DNA of 64,000 bases from Oscillospiraceae bacterium (GTDB lineage: Bacteria > Bacillota > Clostridia > Oscillospirales > SIG627): contig SVTC01000007.1 in NCBI GenBank assembly GCA_015063985.1, forward strand, positions 35,477-99,476. Reading direction: 5' to 3'. This document shows, one piece after another, positions 19,082 to 28,914 of this stretch. Made by a program: the position numbers and the translations under genes. Position 1 is the first letter of the stretch, and each line of letters opens with the position of its first letter. Below the pieces are notes generated by a model that saw only the letters and a list, made by a program, of their open reading frames with translations, did not search any database and had not been told where the DNA came from.

Positions 19082-19137
19082 GCGGTTAGTCTACCTTAAC
19101 CGCTCATAATAATAGCACTTTATTCCTTATTTGTCAA
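19082..19137 (-). promoter_or_regulatory. promoter plus leader inverted repeat upstream of the FeoA-like gene
   Basis: Minus strand reads TTGACA (19137-19132), a 17-nt spacer, then TATTAT (19114-19109). Next comes GCGGTTA-N8-TAACCGC (19103-19082) followed by TTTTTTG. A second near-palindrome, TTAGCAAGGACTAA, is at 19051-19064. Confidence 0.5.
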
Positions 19138-19189
19138 GGTTTTTGAAGGCTTTTTTACTGTTTTTTACTGATTTTTTCATAAAAAATAA

Positions 19190-19207
19190 GGGGCTTCAAC
19201 GAGCCCC
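19190..19207 (-). terminator. intrinsic terminator of the 19213-20043 gene
   Basis: GGGGCT tcaacg AGCCCC. The minus strand is followed by TTATTTTTT. Confidence 0.55.
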
Positions 19208-19212
19208 CAAGC

Positions 19213-20043
19213 TTAGAATTTTTGTTCAAGCTCTCTTATAAGATCTCTTGCGCGGATTATATCGGATATCTGCTTTTCGCCGGAGATCTCTCTTTCAATA
19301 GTCAAGTACCCCTGATAGTCGCCTTCCTTCAAAAGCTTCACCAAAGCCTCGAAATCCACCTTGCCTTCTCCCACCGGAGTTTCCTTTCCCAGATTCTTTC
19401 CGTCCGTGGGATAAAGGCCGTCCTTGATATGCATATCCATAACGTATTTGCCGAAAATACCGAAGGCGTCCACGGGATTTGCCTTTCCGTAAAGAACGAG
19501 ATTTCCCGTATCAAAGTTTATGCCGACGTTCTCAAGGCCGATATCCTCTATTGCCCTTACAAGGGTAACGGGGGTTTCCTGACCGGTCTCAAAAAGAAAG
19601 CTCAGCCCCTTCTCCTTCATAGCTCTGCAAAGCTTTCTCAATGCACCCACAGTACCGACGTAATCGGGGTCGTTGGGATTCTCAGGCAAAAAGCCCACGT
19701 GAGTGGCAATGTTTTTTGTGCCGATAGCCTCGGCAAAGGGGATAGCCCCCTCAAGCTCCGCAAGCCTCTGACCTCTGTAAGCCGCGGGAACAAGTCCTAA
19801 GGTTACGGGACCGTAAGTGAAATTCCATTCCTTGGGACCGCTCCAGCCGGCCCAAAGGGTGGATACCCTTACGCCGCTCTTTTCCTGTGCCTCATTTATT
19901 ATTGCCGCGTTCTCCTCTGTATAGAGCTCGTTCTCCCAGACGGAGATCTGACAGCTTTGCAGACCCATATCCGCGATCTTCTGAAACTCGGCCATCATAT
20001 CGACATCCTTGGTAAGACGCACCAATACTCCTAATTTAAGCAT
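19213..20043 (-). CDS. sugar phosphate isomerase/epimerase (xylose-isomerase-like TIM barrel), paralog 2
   Basis: MLKLGVL start. Family-typical LFETGQE, INFDTGN and HIKDG motifs. Confidence 0.65.
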   Translation of the reverse strand: MLKLGVLVRLTKDVDMMAEFQKIADMGLQSCQISVWENELYTEENAAIINEAQEKSGVRVSTLWAGWSGPKEWNFTYGPVTLGLVPAAYRGQRLAELEGAIPFAEAIGTKNIATHVGFLPENPNDPDYVGTVGALRKLCRAMKEKGLSFLFETGQETPVTLVRAIEDIGLENVGINFDTGNLVLYGKANPVDAFGIFGKYVMDMHIKDGLYPTDGKNLGKETPVGEGKVDFEALVKLLKEGDYQGYLTIEREISGEKQISDIIRARDLIRELEQKF

Positions 20044-20151
20044 ACACGTTTCTCCTTGATTTTTTACCATTATACATTATTTTCACACTTTTGGCAAGTG
20101 CGATAACACATAATCATATAAAGCATCACTTTAAAAACACCTTGGCATACT

Positions 20152-20180
20152 AAAAAGGGACCGAGCTTTCGCCCGGCCCC
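20152..20180 (-). terminator. intrinsic terminator of the solute-binding protein gene
   Basis: Minus strand reads GGGGCCGGGC gaaa GCTCGGTCCC followed by TTTTTA. Confidence 0.65.
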
Positions 20181-20205
20181 TTTCGGATTTTCAGCTTAAA
20201 CCGAT

Positions 20206-21765
20206 TTATTCCTCTGTGAAGTACGAAATAACGTCGTTAAACTTATCGGTAACGTCAGTCTCTATACTGTTCCACATAGAAGCAAAGTCGTTGGAAGCGT
20301 CTCTACCGATCATATGACGGAACTTGAAGGATACGTTTCCGCAAAGGGTGGAGTAAATAAGACCGAAGTTGAAGTTGTTACCTTCAAGGATCATATCGTA
20401 GACCTTCAGATCGTAATCCTCGCTGTCCTCGGAACGGATGTAACGGTACTTCATTACCACCTCGAAGAAGTTGGGAGCAACGGTTCTGTAGCTCTCTTCG
20501 TTGAGCTTTTCAAGAACTGCACCTGCAAGATAGTCTCTGGTGGTGCTTCCGTCGCTGCAGGTGTGGTTCTCAATACCTGCGGGAATGCAGAATGCGTTGT
20601 AGCTGTCTGTCTGAGAGGTATAGTAATTGGTCTGTTTCTCGTCGAACTTGGGCATGGGGAGAAGACCGTAATCGTCCTTCATATCTCTGAATCCGTTAGC
20701 TTCACCAAGAGCAGCTGCGTGGAAGATCATGCTTCCGTTGATGAACTTATCTCTGAAGATGGGGTTGCCGCTGTTATAGTATTTGGTGTCGGAAAGAACG
20801 CCGTCGCACTCGTAAGCGAGAGTGTAGAGCTTGTTGAGAGCGTTAACGGTTCTCTCGGTGTTGTAGGTGAGGTAGGGAACGCCGTTCTCATCGTCTCTGG
20901 TGATAGGAGCATCCATGCCGTACTGGAATGCGTCGCAGGGCATAGGACCGCTCCAAAGAGAACCGAAGCCGAAGAAGTCACCCTCACTCTTCTGACCGTC
21001 GCCGTCGGAGTCTACCCACTTATCCTTAACGAGGTTTGTGAAGGCTTCCATGGTCCACTTGCCGTCGAGAACCATCTTGTAGATTCCTTCGGAACCGCCG
21101 ATGTCAGCAAAGTGCTCGTCTGCAAGACGCTTGTTGAAGAAGATACAGCCTGCTTTTTCCTTACTGGAAAGAGAAAGGTCACCAACGCAGGTGTACATCT
21201 GACCGTTAAGAGTTGCGTTCTCAACGTAGATCTGGTTCCACCAGGGCTTTTCAAAATCCAGGTAGGGGATGTCATAAAGGTTAGCATAAGTGTTTACGCA
21301 AACCATTGCGGGAAGGAAGTAGCCGTAGCCGCCGCAGATGTCATAGTCGCCGGTATCGTTAAACACCATTGCATCGATCTCGGAGGCAAAGCCGGTGCTG
21401 GCAACGCTCTGAGCGCCGGTATACTTTATGAAGTTGAGCTCTACGCCCAGATCCTCTTCTACCTTGATGTTTCTGTTGTATACGGCATCGTTGATGATGT
21501 CATCGTTAAGCTCCTCAACGGTGTAATGAGTCAATATACTTCCGTCGATAAAGAAGTTTACTGTCTCGCCGTTAAAGTTGAGGTCTGCGGGAAGAGAGGA
21601 ATCCACCTTATCTCTGCCCCATTCGTCCTTGTCGGAAGCCTGTGCGGTTCCGGTAGGCTTTTGGCTGCCTGTCTGAGGCTGTGTCTTTGCAGGATCTCCG
21701 CCGCATGCGGCAAACAAAACAAGAACCATAGAAAGAACCAGCATAAGTGTTAGCAGTTTTTTCAT
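20206..21765 (-). CDS. large extracellular solute-binding lipoprotein (ABC-type sugar binding), no adjacent permease or ATPase genes
   Basis: The signal peptide has a lipobox (LVLFAACGG). The size of about 520 aa is typical of family-1 carbohydrate binding proteins. Confidence 0.65.
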   Translation of the reverse strand: MKKLLTLMLVLSMVLVLFAACGGDPAKTQPQTGSQKPTGTAQASDKDEWGRDKVDSSLPADLNFNGETVNFFIDGSILTHYTVEELNDDIINDAVYNRNIKVEEDLGVELNFIKYTGAQSVASTGFASEIDAMVFNDTGDYDICGGYGYFLPAMVCVNTYANLYDIPYLDFEKPWWNQIYVENATLNGQMYTCVGDLSLSSKEKAGCIFFNKRLADEHFADIGGSEGIYKMVLDGKWTMEAFTNLVKDKWVDSDGDGQKSEGDFFGFGSLWSGPMPCDAFQYGMDAPITRDDENGVPYLTYNTERTVNALNKLYTLAYECDGVLSDTKYYNSGNPIFRDKFINGSMIFHAAALGEANGFRDMKDDYGLLPMPKFDEKQTNYYTSQTDSYNAFCIPAGIENHTCSDGSTTRDYLAGAVLEKLNEESYRTVAPNFFEVVMKYRYIRSEDSEDYDLKVYDMILEGNNFNFGLIYSTLCGNVSFKFRHMIGRDASNDFASMWNSIETDVTDKFNDVISYFTEE

Positions 21766-21898
21766 TTCTTTTCTCCTTTTTAATTTTCGAGATATCACCT
21801 CGTATTGGATATTTTATCACACAATAAGCAAAAAGTCAATACAATAATTTATATGCTTCTTATCTTCATAACAGCACCGTGATCGGTATTATGCCATA

Positions 21899-22753
21899 TC
21901 AAGCCTCAAAGTCTATTTGATAAACGTTGCCGTGAGAATCGCTGTAGATGCATCTTCCGTCATAAAAATCTATAAGCTCGGGCTCGACGTTTGCTCCCGC
22001 CTCCACAAGATCATAGTATCTCTCCTCGCGCTTTATCGGATCCACAATGCGAATCGCGGGTCTGTTTTTCGTATCCCTTCCGCCAAATCCCTCTGTGGAG
22101 TATATCCTTCCGCCGTAAAAGCAGGCACCCTGAAGAAAATAATGATATGAGCAATCAAAGCTCGATATAATATCACCCTCGCTCAGCACAACGCAGCTTA
22201 CACCGAGCCTTTCGTCAAAGCTTCCCTCTCCCACACGGGGCATAGCGAATTTAAAATACCTTGTGCCCAGCTCTTCGTTTCTCATTACAAAGGCGTAAAG
22301 CTCGTTATTTTCTCGGTCTATAACAAAATTTCCGTAGGGACGCTTTCCGTGCTCATCCTCGCTTGCCTTCCAGAGCCTTGCATCCTCACAAAAGCCTATC
22401 TTTATCGCCCCCACCGCCTCGGCGGAATAAGTGCCACCATCTCTCTTGAGGCGATACGCCATTACGGTCCCCATAAGCTTATCCACGGGGTCCTTGTGAT
22501 AGTTATTGTAGATATTGGAGTATAAAATGGGATATTCGTCCTCGGCAGAATACTTTTCCGCACCGAAGCACACCGAATTACTGTGAGGGATCACTCCGCT
22601 GAGGGTAAAGCTCGCCTTGGGCTTCACCTCCCCCTTTAATGAGGTGATATCGTATACCTTGCATACTCCTTCACTGTCAAATCTAAATAGCTCGTTTCCC
22701 CACACCGCGCCGTCCTGAGCTCCGTCTATCACGGCGATCTGTTCAAGCTTCAT
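21899..22753 (-). CDS. hypothetical protein
   Basis: 284-aa ORF with AAGGAG 8 nt upstream of the ATG at 22753. It is tightly packed in the operon. I recognise no motif. Confidence 0.6.
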   Translation of the reverse strand: MKLEQIAVIDGAQDGAVWGNELFRFDSEGVCKVYDITSLKGEVKPKASFTLSGVIPHSNSVCFGAEKYSAEDEYPILYSNIYNNYHKDPVDKLMGTVMAYRLKRDGGTYSAEAVGAIKIGFCEDARLWKASEDEHGKRPYGNFVIDRENNELYAFVMRNEELGTRYFKFAMPRVGEGSFDERLGVSCVVLSEGDIISSFDCSYHYFLQGACFYGGRIYSTEGFGGRDTKNRPAIRIVDPIKREERYYDLVEAGANVEPELIDFYDGRCIYSDSHGNVYQIDFEA

Positions 22754-22765
22754 TTTTATCACTCC

Positions 22766-23680
22766 TTATTCTTCAAAAATGCCGTAGGCATTAAGCATAT
22801 ATTTTGAGGTATCGTACATCATTGCTTCTATATGCCTTTGCATAAAGAGCTGAGGCTCTCTTAAAAGGTCCGAGGCTTCAAACCTCCTTCTCTTTCCCTG
22901 CCAGCAATTATAGTTTCTCAGCGAGGAATCGCACTCAAGGGTGAAATATCCCTTGAAGCCCACGTCAATAAGAGCACTTATGACCTCATCGTGGTTAAGC
23001 GTTCCCAAAAACGGAGCAACGTGCTCGTCTCCGCCGCCGCGATTATCATTGTAATGCACCGCGTAAAGCTCGTCCTTCAATGTCATTATCTCGTCGTACT
23101 GGTTGCCCTCGCAGTTGGCGTGGCCCGTGTCCCAGCAGCCGTGGATCATGGGATGGTCAACAAATTTGATAAAGTCGTACATATCCTTGCCGCAGTTTAT
23201 AAAATAGCTCTCTCCCATATTTTTGGAGGTACTGTTCTCGCAAAGCACGTTTACTCCGCAAGCCTCCATAGCGGGAAAGAGCCTTGTATAGAATTTGCGA
23301 TTTACCTCAAACCACTCGTCCTTGCCGATGCCCTTTTTAACGCCGTTGTGAACTACCGTGTTCTTAATTCCCAGCATACCGCATATCTCAATGGAGCGAA
23401 TGGTCGCCTCCAATAAAAACTCCACCTTGCCTTCATCGTCGGAAAGGGGATTTCCGCCCTGAGAATGTGCCTGAACAAAGCTCATACCAAGACTGTCTGC
23501 AAGCTCCTTTATCCTTTGAACCTCCTTTTCCCAGCCCTCGTTCATATAGACACAGTCGGGAGTAAAGGTATACATATTAAGGTCGATATACCTAAAGCCC
23601 GCTTTGTGAAGCTCTGTTATCCTTTCGCTGTCGGTCTTACAAAATCTTGAAAAGTCTCCCGTTGTCGTTGCGATCTTCAT
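22766..23680 (-). CDS. sugar phosphate isomerase/epimerase (xylose-isomerase-like TIM barrel), paralog 3
   Basis: MKIATTTGDF start with an AAAGGAGAG RBS. Motifs LCENS, GCWDTGHAN and HYNDN. Confidence 0.65.
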   Translation of the reverse strand: MKIATTTGDFSRFCKTDSERITELHKAGFRYIDLNMYTFTPDCVYMNEGWEKEVQRIKELADSLGMSFVQAHSQGGNPLSDDEGKVEFLLEATIRSIEICGMLGIKNTVVHNGVKKGIGKDEWFEVNRKFYTRLFPAMEACGVNVLCENSTSKNMGESYFINCGKDMYDFIKFVDHPMIHGCWDTGHANCEGNQYDEIMTLKDELYAVHYNDNRGGGDEHVAPFLGTLNHDEVISALIDVGFKGYFTLECDSSLRNYNCWQGKRRRFEASDLLREPQLFMQRHIEAMMYDTSKYMLNAYGIFEE

Positions 23681-23693
23681 TTTTTCTCTCCTT

Positions 23694-24785
23694 TTATTCT
23701 TTTTTTCCAAAGGTCAATAAATTTTCAAACATCGGCGCAAGCCCGGGCATTGAAGCAGGTGGCACAAGAGATGGCACGCACGCCACCTGAAAATCATCTC
23801 CGTCAACAGTGACAAGAGTGGCGCCGTTTTGCCCGGGAACGTGATAATCGTATTGCCCCGTCTTCATTCCGAACACCCATTTTATTCCCTTGTGGCTTAT
23901 GCACCCGCAGTTATTGTGGTTGTGCCCCATAAAGACTCCGTCCACACAAAGCTCCTTTAACAGCTCATAAAAGCCGTCCGTGGCTATATATCCCTCATTC
24001 TCAAGGAAAAAACCGAAATCCCCATCAAGAGCCGGGGTATCAACTCCGATAATAAAGCTCCTTTTGCCTTCCTTTAAATATCCCTTTTCCTTAGCCGCAT
24101 CAAAGAAAAGATCAACGGGAACGTGAAAAGCCATGAACGCCTTGACGTCCCTTTTCTGTGCGGTCCGTATCCTTACAGCCTTCTCCCTCATAGCCTCAAG
24201 CTGGTCGGGATAGAGCCCCGTTTTCCTTGTTACCTTAGGATCCTCTGCTTTGCAGCCGTTGGAATCCAGCATATACATTACCCTTAAAAGCTTCCCGCTT
24301 TTTGCTATTCCTACCGTGTAGTTGGAATTACCCGTCACGCCGCCTCTTTTAAAAACGCAGTATCTGCTCCTTTCAAGCTGCTCACATTGCCAATTGACAC
24401 CCAAACGGCATTCGTTATCGTGATTTCCGAAAACAGGCGCCCAAGGTATCTTAAAGGAATCCATAAGACGGCAAAACCACTCCATAACTCTGCCGCTGTC
24501 ATCAAAGGAGCCGTACACAAAATCTCCCGTTATGAATATGAGATCGGGCTTTGTTTGGTTTACTATGCTCCTTATGTGATCCCCGCACTGCTTATCGAAA
24601 TACTCGGGCAGCCATGCCGCGTACTCATCGGGTCTTAATCTGTCGGGCTTCCTTTGCTGAGTGGAATCTATGACCTGCGTATCGGTGATCTGCAAAAGCC
24701 TCAGCTTCGAATCTTTCACCTCCACCACCGCATCACAGCCGTCAAACGCCGAGCCCTGATTATCGTATATAATCCTTGCCTCCAT
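23694..24785 (-). CDS. calcineurin-like metallophosphoesterase
   Basis: Motifs ITDTQ, GDFVYG, GNHDNE and GHNHNN. Confidence 0.75.
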   Translation of the reverse strand: MEARIIYDNQGSAFDGCDAVVEVKDSKLRLLQITDTQVIDSTQQRKPDRLRPDEYAAWLPEYFDKQCGDHIRSIVNQTKPDLIFITGDFVYGSFDDSGRVMEWFCRLMDSFKIPWAPVFGNHDNECRLGVNWQCEQLERSRYCVFKRGGVTGNSNYTVGIAKSGKLLRVMYMLDSNGCKAEDPKVTRKTGLYPDQLEAMREKAVRIRTAQKRDVKAFMAFHVPVDLFFDAAKEKGYLKEGKRSFIIGVDTPALDGDFGFFLENEGYIATDGFYELLKELCVDGVFMGHNHNNCGCISHKGIKWVFGMKTGQYDYHVPGQNGATLVTVDGDDFQVACVPSLVPPASMPGLAPMFENLLTFGKKE

Positions 24786-24886
24786 ATCTTCTTCCTCAAA
24801 AAACTGTCTTTTTGCTCTTTTTTCATTTACATTCTATCACCGTTATGGTATAATTTCAATATAAATTTTGCATCTGGAGGAGAAAA

Positions 24887-25963
24887 ATGTTAAATTCTCT
24901 CACTTTGAAAAGGAATATTAAAAGCTTTTCCGTTTCACCGGAAAATCCCACGGGAGAAAAGGGAAGGGGCGGTATGGCAACTCTCGAAAATGCAAGCGCT
25001 GCAAGAGCCGCAAGAGAGCTGGGAACGGGTTGGAAGCTCAATCCGTACATTGTTCTGGATGGGCAAAAAACAGCCGTTCTTGCCGACATTAAGGGAGAGG
25101 GCGCCATTAAGCATTTCTGGATAACCGACAGCGCTCAAAGAGGAAGACACCTTATTTTGCGCATTTATTTCGATTCTCAAAGCTCCCCCGCCGTTTGTGC
25201 CCCGCTTTCCGATTTCTTCGCCAATGCAGACTACAACGACTACCGCGCCGTCAACAGCCTTGCAATGTGCTTCAACCCCAAAAAGGGAATGAATTGCTAT
25301 TTTGAAATGCCTTATTTCAAGGGCTTTCGCGTAGAGGTGGAAAACTTAAGCGAGCACCCCGCCAATATCTACTATCAGATAGACTGCGAGGAAAAAAAGC
25401 TTGATCCCGATTCTCTTTATTTTCACGCCCAATTCAGAAGAGTGAATCCCCTGCCCTATAAATCGGTCTACACTATTTTGGACAACGTTAAAGGAAAGGG
25501 CCAGTACGTGGGAACCTATCTTCATTGGGGAGTAAAATCCAACGGCTGGTGGGGAGAGGGAGAGATAAAGTTCTTCATCGACGGAGACACCCAATACCCC
25601 ACGATATGCGGCACGGGAACCGAGGATTATTTCTGCGGAGCCTATAATTTTGACGTAGGCGGAAAGTACACGGAATTCTGCACGCCCTACACGGGTCTGT
25701 CAAAGGTGGAAAGAACCGACGATCTGTACAAGGTCCAAAAGCACTTTGATATGTACCGCTGGCATATAACCGACCCCGTTTATTTTGATAAAGATATAAG
25801 GGTAACCATTCAGGCATTGGGCTGGCGAAGCGAGGGCAGATACCTCCCACTGCAGGATGACATTTCCTCGGTGGCTTATTGGTATTCCGATAATCTTTCC
25901 GATGAATATCCCCCTCTCCCCGATAACGACTCCCTTGAATTGATCGGCGGCACCAAGCTGTAA
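24887..25963 (+). CDS. DUF2961-family protein (glycoside hydrolase family 172-like)
   Basis: 358 aa with the GTGTEDYF motif and a beta-jelly-roll-like composition characteristic of DUF2961. The RBS is GGAGGAG. Confidence 0.65.
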   Translation: MLNSLTLKRNIKSFSVSPENPTGEKGRGGMATLENASAARAARELGTGWKLNPYIVLDGQKTAVLADIKGEGAIKHFWITDSAQRGRHLILRIYFDSQSSPAVCAPLSDFFANADYNDYRAVNSLAMCFNPKKGMNCYFEMPYFKGFRVEVENLSEHPANIYYQIDCEEKKLDPDSLYFHAQFRRVNPLPYKSVYTILDNVKGKGQYVGTYLHWGVKSNGWWGEGEIKFFIDGDTQYPTICGTGTEDYFCGAYNFDVGGKYTEFCTPYTGLSKVERTDDLYKVQKHFDMYRWHITDPVYFDKDIRVTIQALGWRSEGRYLPLQDDISSVAYWYSDNLSDEYPPLPDNDSLELIGGTKL

Positions 25964-25983
25964 AGGAGAATATGTAAATACAA

Positions 25984-26028
25984 AAAGCCCGATGAACTGC
26001 AGTTAGATTCTTCGGGCTTTTGCTTTTT
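25984..26028 (+). terminator. intrinsic terminator of the DUF2961 gene
   Basis: AAAGCCCGA ... TCGGGCTTT stem followed by TGCTTTTT. Confidence 0.55.
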
Positions 26029-26035
26029 GAAAAAA

Positions 26036-26059
26036 CAAGGCGCCGTGCACGGCGCCTTG
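26036..26059 (-). terminator. intrinsic terminator of the LRR lipoprotein gene
   Basis: CAAGGCGCCG tgca CGGCGCCTTG. The minus strand is followed by TTTTTTC. Confidence 0.65.
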
Positions 26060-26072
26060 GCAAATGACATTT

Positions 26073-27308
26073 TTAATAAACAGGGTCCGGATTCGGCTCG
26101 TAGTGAGAATTTATCACCGCATCTTCGTGTATAACACAGGTTTTCGGAACGTCGTTAAACTTCAGCCTGTATTGATTACTGTAATTGACTATAGCACTTT
26201 TTTCTATAAGTTCAACATTTTCGGGAAGGTTTATTTCATAAAGCAGATTAGTACCGATGAAACTATATGAGCGTATAATTTTAAGTGTGGAAGGAAGCTT
26301 GAGCGACATTATATTCCCCGAAACCTTCTCAAAAGCTCCGCCCCTTATTTCAGTTACACCCTCCGGAATCTCAACATGACCGCCAAATCCAAGATACTTT
26401 ATCAAAACTCCATCCCTTATGACAAAATTATCCGGATTGCTGTCAGTAAGCTTATATTCCGGTCTATTATCGGCATTTAAATCACAGCCAATAAGATACT
26501 GAGACACAGTTATTGGTACTGACAACGTTGAGCTATCAATTATATTCACCAAAAAGTCTTTGGGGTCAAAGTCCATTTCCATTGTTTCAAGATTGTAACA
26601 TTCTCTTATTATGTATTCGTCTATGTCCAAAATATAATTTTCGCAAACGTTATTAAGTTGAATCCTTTTAAGGGTATTGTTATACGCAAAGGCTTCTCTT
26701 TCTATACCTTGAATTAGGCTGCAATCAATAACCGCTTCCTCTATTCTTCCCATATCGTCAAAACGACATATATATCCTCCGGCAATAATACAACCGTTTT
26801 CGTATTTTATATCAAGTTGACGATTTTCTTGCTCGTTAATTATATTAATTTCATCATTAAAGTCATAGTCGGGATTTTTGGATAGATTATTTTCGATATA
26901 ATCCCCTAATAATCTGTAGTATTTTTGATTACCTAACTTTCCTCTTGCGACAATTACAGCTTCAAGCTCTTTTCCGACAAGCTTAAACTCTTTTGGACTG
27001 CCATATCCCCAATAGTCAACCAATGTATTTAATACATCTATTGCCTCTTTATAAGACATTACCTTTTTCTCGGTAATCTCTTCGGTTTTTTGAGAATCAG
27101 AGTTTTCGGAGGTTTCGGTTTTGTCTTTGGTAATTATGTCTCCGTTATCGGTTAACGGCAAGGTTTTATTTTCCGTTTTCTCAGAAGTGATCGGCTTTGT
27201 ATCCGGCAATGTCTTAGTCGGCTCACTTCCTTGACAGGAGGTAAAAACACTTAAAAGCATTACAGTGACTAAAAGTATTGATAATAATTTTTTCATTAAA
27301 TCTTTCAT
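26073..27308 (-). CDS. BspA-type leucine-rich-repeat lipoprotein in an AT-rich island
   Basis: Signal peptide plus lipobox (VFTSCQG), a Thr/Glu/Lys-rich linker, and C-terminal repeats of the IPEGVTEI..AF type. The RBS is AGGAGG. Confidence 0.7.
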   Translation of the reverse strand: MKDLMKKLLSILLVTVMLLSVFTSCQGSEPTKTLPDTKPITSEKTENKTLPLTDNGDIITKDKTETSENSDSQKTEEITEKKVMSYKEAIDVLNTLVDYWGYGSPKEFKLVGKELEAVIVARGKLGNQKYYRLLGDYIENNLSKNPDYDFNDEINIINEQENRQLDIKYENGCIIAGGYICRFDDMGRIEEAVIDCSLIQGIEREAFAYNNTLKRIQLNNVCENYILDIDEYIIRECYNLETMEMDFDPKDFLVNIIDSSTLSVPITVSQYLIGCDLNADNRPEYKLTDSNPDNFVIRDGVLIKYLGFGGHVEIPEGVTEIRGGAFEKVSGNIMSLKLPSTLKIIRSYSFIGTNLLYEINLPENVELIEKSAIVNYSNQYRLKFNDVPKTCVIHEDAVINSHYEPNPDPVY

Positions 27309-27591
27309 ATTAATATCCTCCTTTATTTAATTCTATTTTAAATCCCCAAAAACAGCTTTTATTACAAATGACCCATTGGACTATACCCTCTTTCCGGATT
27401 ACAGAAAATGTGCATTAATGAAGTTTATCACACTCTGTATTTTTATTATATTTAATTGCATCCACTTTGTCAAGGTTTTATATTGATATCAAGGTGATTT
27501 CGTATACTTCCACATTTTGTAATTGATGGAATTGTGCAGTTTTACTATAGATCTGTTTTAGTGGTAAGATGCGGTGTTTTTCAAGAGAAAT

Positions 27592-27624
27592 AAAAACCCA
27601 AGATCGCATCGGATCTTGGGCTTT
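27592..27624 (-). terminator. intrinsic terminator of the 27629-28900 gene
   Basis: CCCAAGATC gcatcg GATCTTGGG. The minus strand is followed by TTTTTATTT. Confidence 0.6.
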
Positions 27625-27628
27625 GTTA

Positions 27629-28900
27629 TTATTCTACCGTCACAAACACTCCGTCGCCCTGCTCTAAGCTTACCGTGAAAACACCGTTACAAGGCTTTAA
27701 TTCCGAGGGCTCTCCGTCGCGGTAAATGGTTATTTTCCCATTTGCCTTAAAGCTTGCGGTAGCAGTCTTGGGCTTCTGAAAATCCTGCATATTCACAAGG
27801 GTAAACGCCTTACCTTCGCCCTTTTCCTTCTCAAAGCATCCCACAAGCAAGGGGGTATCACAAGAAATGTCCCATATAGCGTCAAAATCCGTATAGGGGG
27901 TGTTCATTTCAAGATACGGGGTAGTCTCGGGGGATGAATTTACGTTGAAGGCGCCCAGATTTTTATAGCTTACAAACAACGGCGAAAGCTTCTTTAAGCC
28001 CAACGCCAATTTTTGAGCTTCAAAATAGAGAGCATTTCTTTCCCCTATGAAATCCATCAAAGCATAATCGTGTCCGGGGCGAGCGGCGAAAACGTAGTAC
28101 AAAAAGTTAGTGGTACCGTAGGAAAGGCAAGTATAAGCCTGCCATCTCAGCTCGGCGCCGTCCACGGGGCGCACGTTTTTGTACCAGGTGCAGCTCTGAA
28201 GACATATCCACAATTCCCTATTGCTCTTTCTTGCCGCATTTGCTCCGTACTCAATGTTTTTAACGTAATCGGGGTAATTATATTTAATATGCTTTACCGG
28301 ATACATATCGGGATATTCGGGATCGGGACGGCGCTTGCAGGGATATATGTCTATGCATATATAGTGGGTATCGATAAGTCTTATATATTCGTCAAGATAG
28401 GTCTTGTAGATATGGTCGTCGGAGGAATAATACTCTATGGGAGCCGCCCAAGCACCACCCTTAAGCTGCTGCTCGTTGGCATAAAGGGGCAAAAGATTAA
28501 TGAAGGCGAATTTATCGGGATATCTTTTGTTAAATTCACTTACCTCCCTGCCAAGCTCCTCGAACACTGCCATTCCGGGCTCGTCGATATAGGAATAGGA
28601 AATATATCCGGGCTCATTTTTATAGAACATCAGCTCTTCTTTATCAAAATCCAGAACCGTAGCGTGATCTCCCACCGTCTTGTTGGTCTTGGGATCGTCC
28701 ACCGCAAAATCTATGCCGTATTTGGAAAACCAGGACATAAATTCGGGGCTTATCTTATCGGGGGCAATGAGCTTAAACTCTATCACCGCAAAATCCACGC
28801 CTGCCTCGCCAAGCTCCTTAACGTGCTTTTCGTCGGGGTGTGATACGGGCATATATGCGCCAAATCTTATCCTTTTTTCAAAAGCTCTTCCTTTTTTCAT
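27629..28900 (-). CDS. hypothetical protein (possibly a glycoside-hydrolase-like TIM barrel)
   Basis: 423-aa ORF in the sugar-gene context. I have no motif I can name with confidence. Confidence 0.55.
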   Translation of the reverse strand: MKKGRAFEKRIRFGAYMPVSHPDEKHVKELGEAGVDFAVIEFKLIAPDKISPEFMSWFSKYGIDFAVDDPKTNKTVGDHATVLDFDKEELMFYKNEPGYISYSYIDEPGMAVFEELGREVSEFNKRYPDKFAFINLLPLYANEQQLKGGAWAAPIEYYSSDDHIYKTYLDEYIRLIDTHYICIDIYPCKRRPDPEYPDMYPVKHIKYNYPDYVKNIEYGANAARKSNRELWICLQSCTWYKNVRPVDGAELRWQAYTCLSYGTTNFLYYVFAARPGHDYALMDFIGERNALYFEAQKLALGLKKLSPLFVSYKNLGAFNVNSSPETTPYLEMNTPYTDFDAIWDISCDTPLLVGCFEKEKGEGKAFTLVNMQDFQKPKTATASFKANGKITIYRDGEPSELKPCNGVFTVSLEQGDGVFVTVE

Positions 28901-28914
28901 ATTAATTCTCCTTT

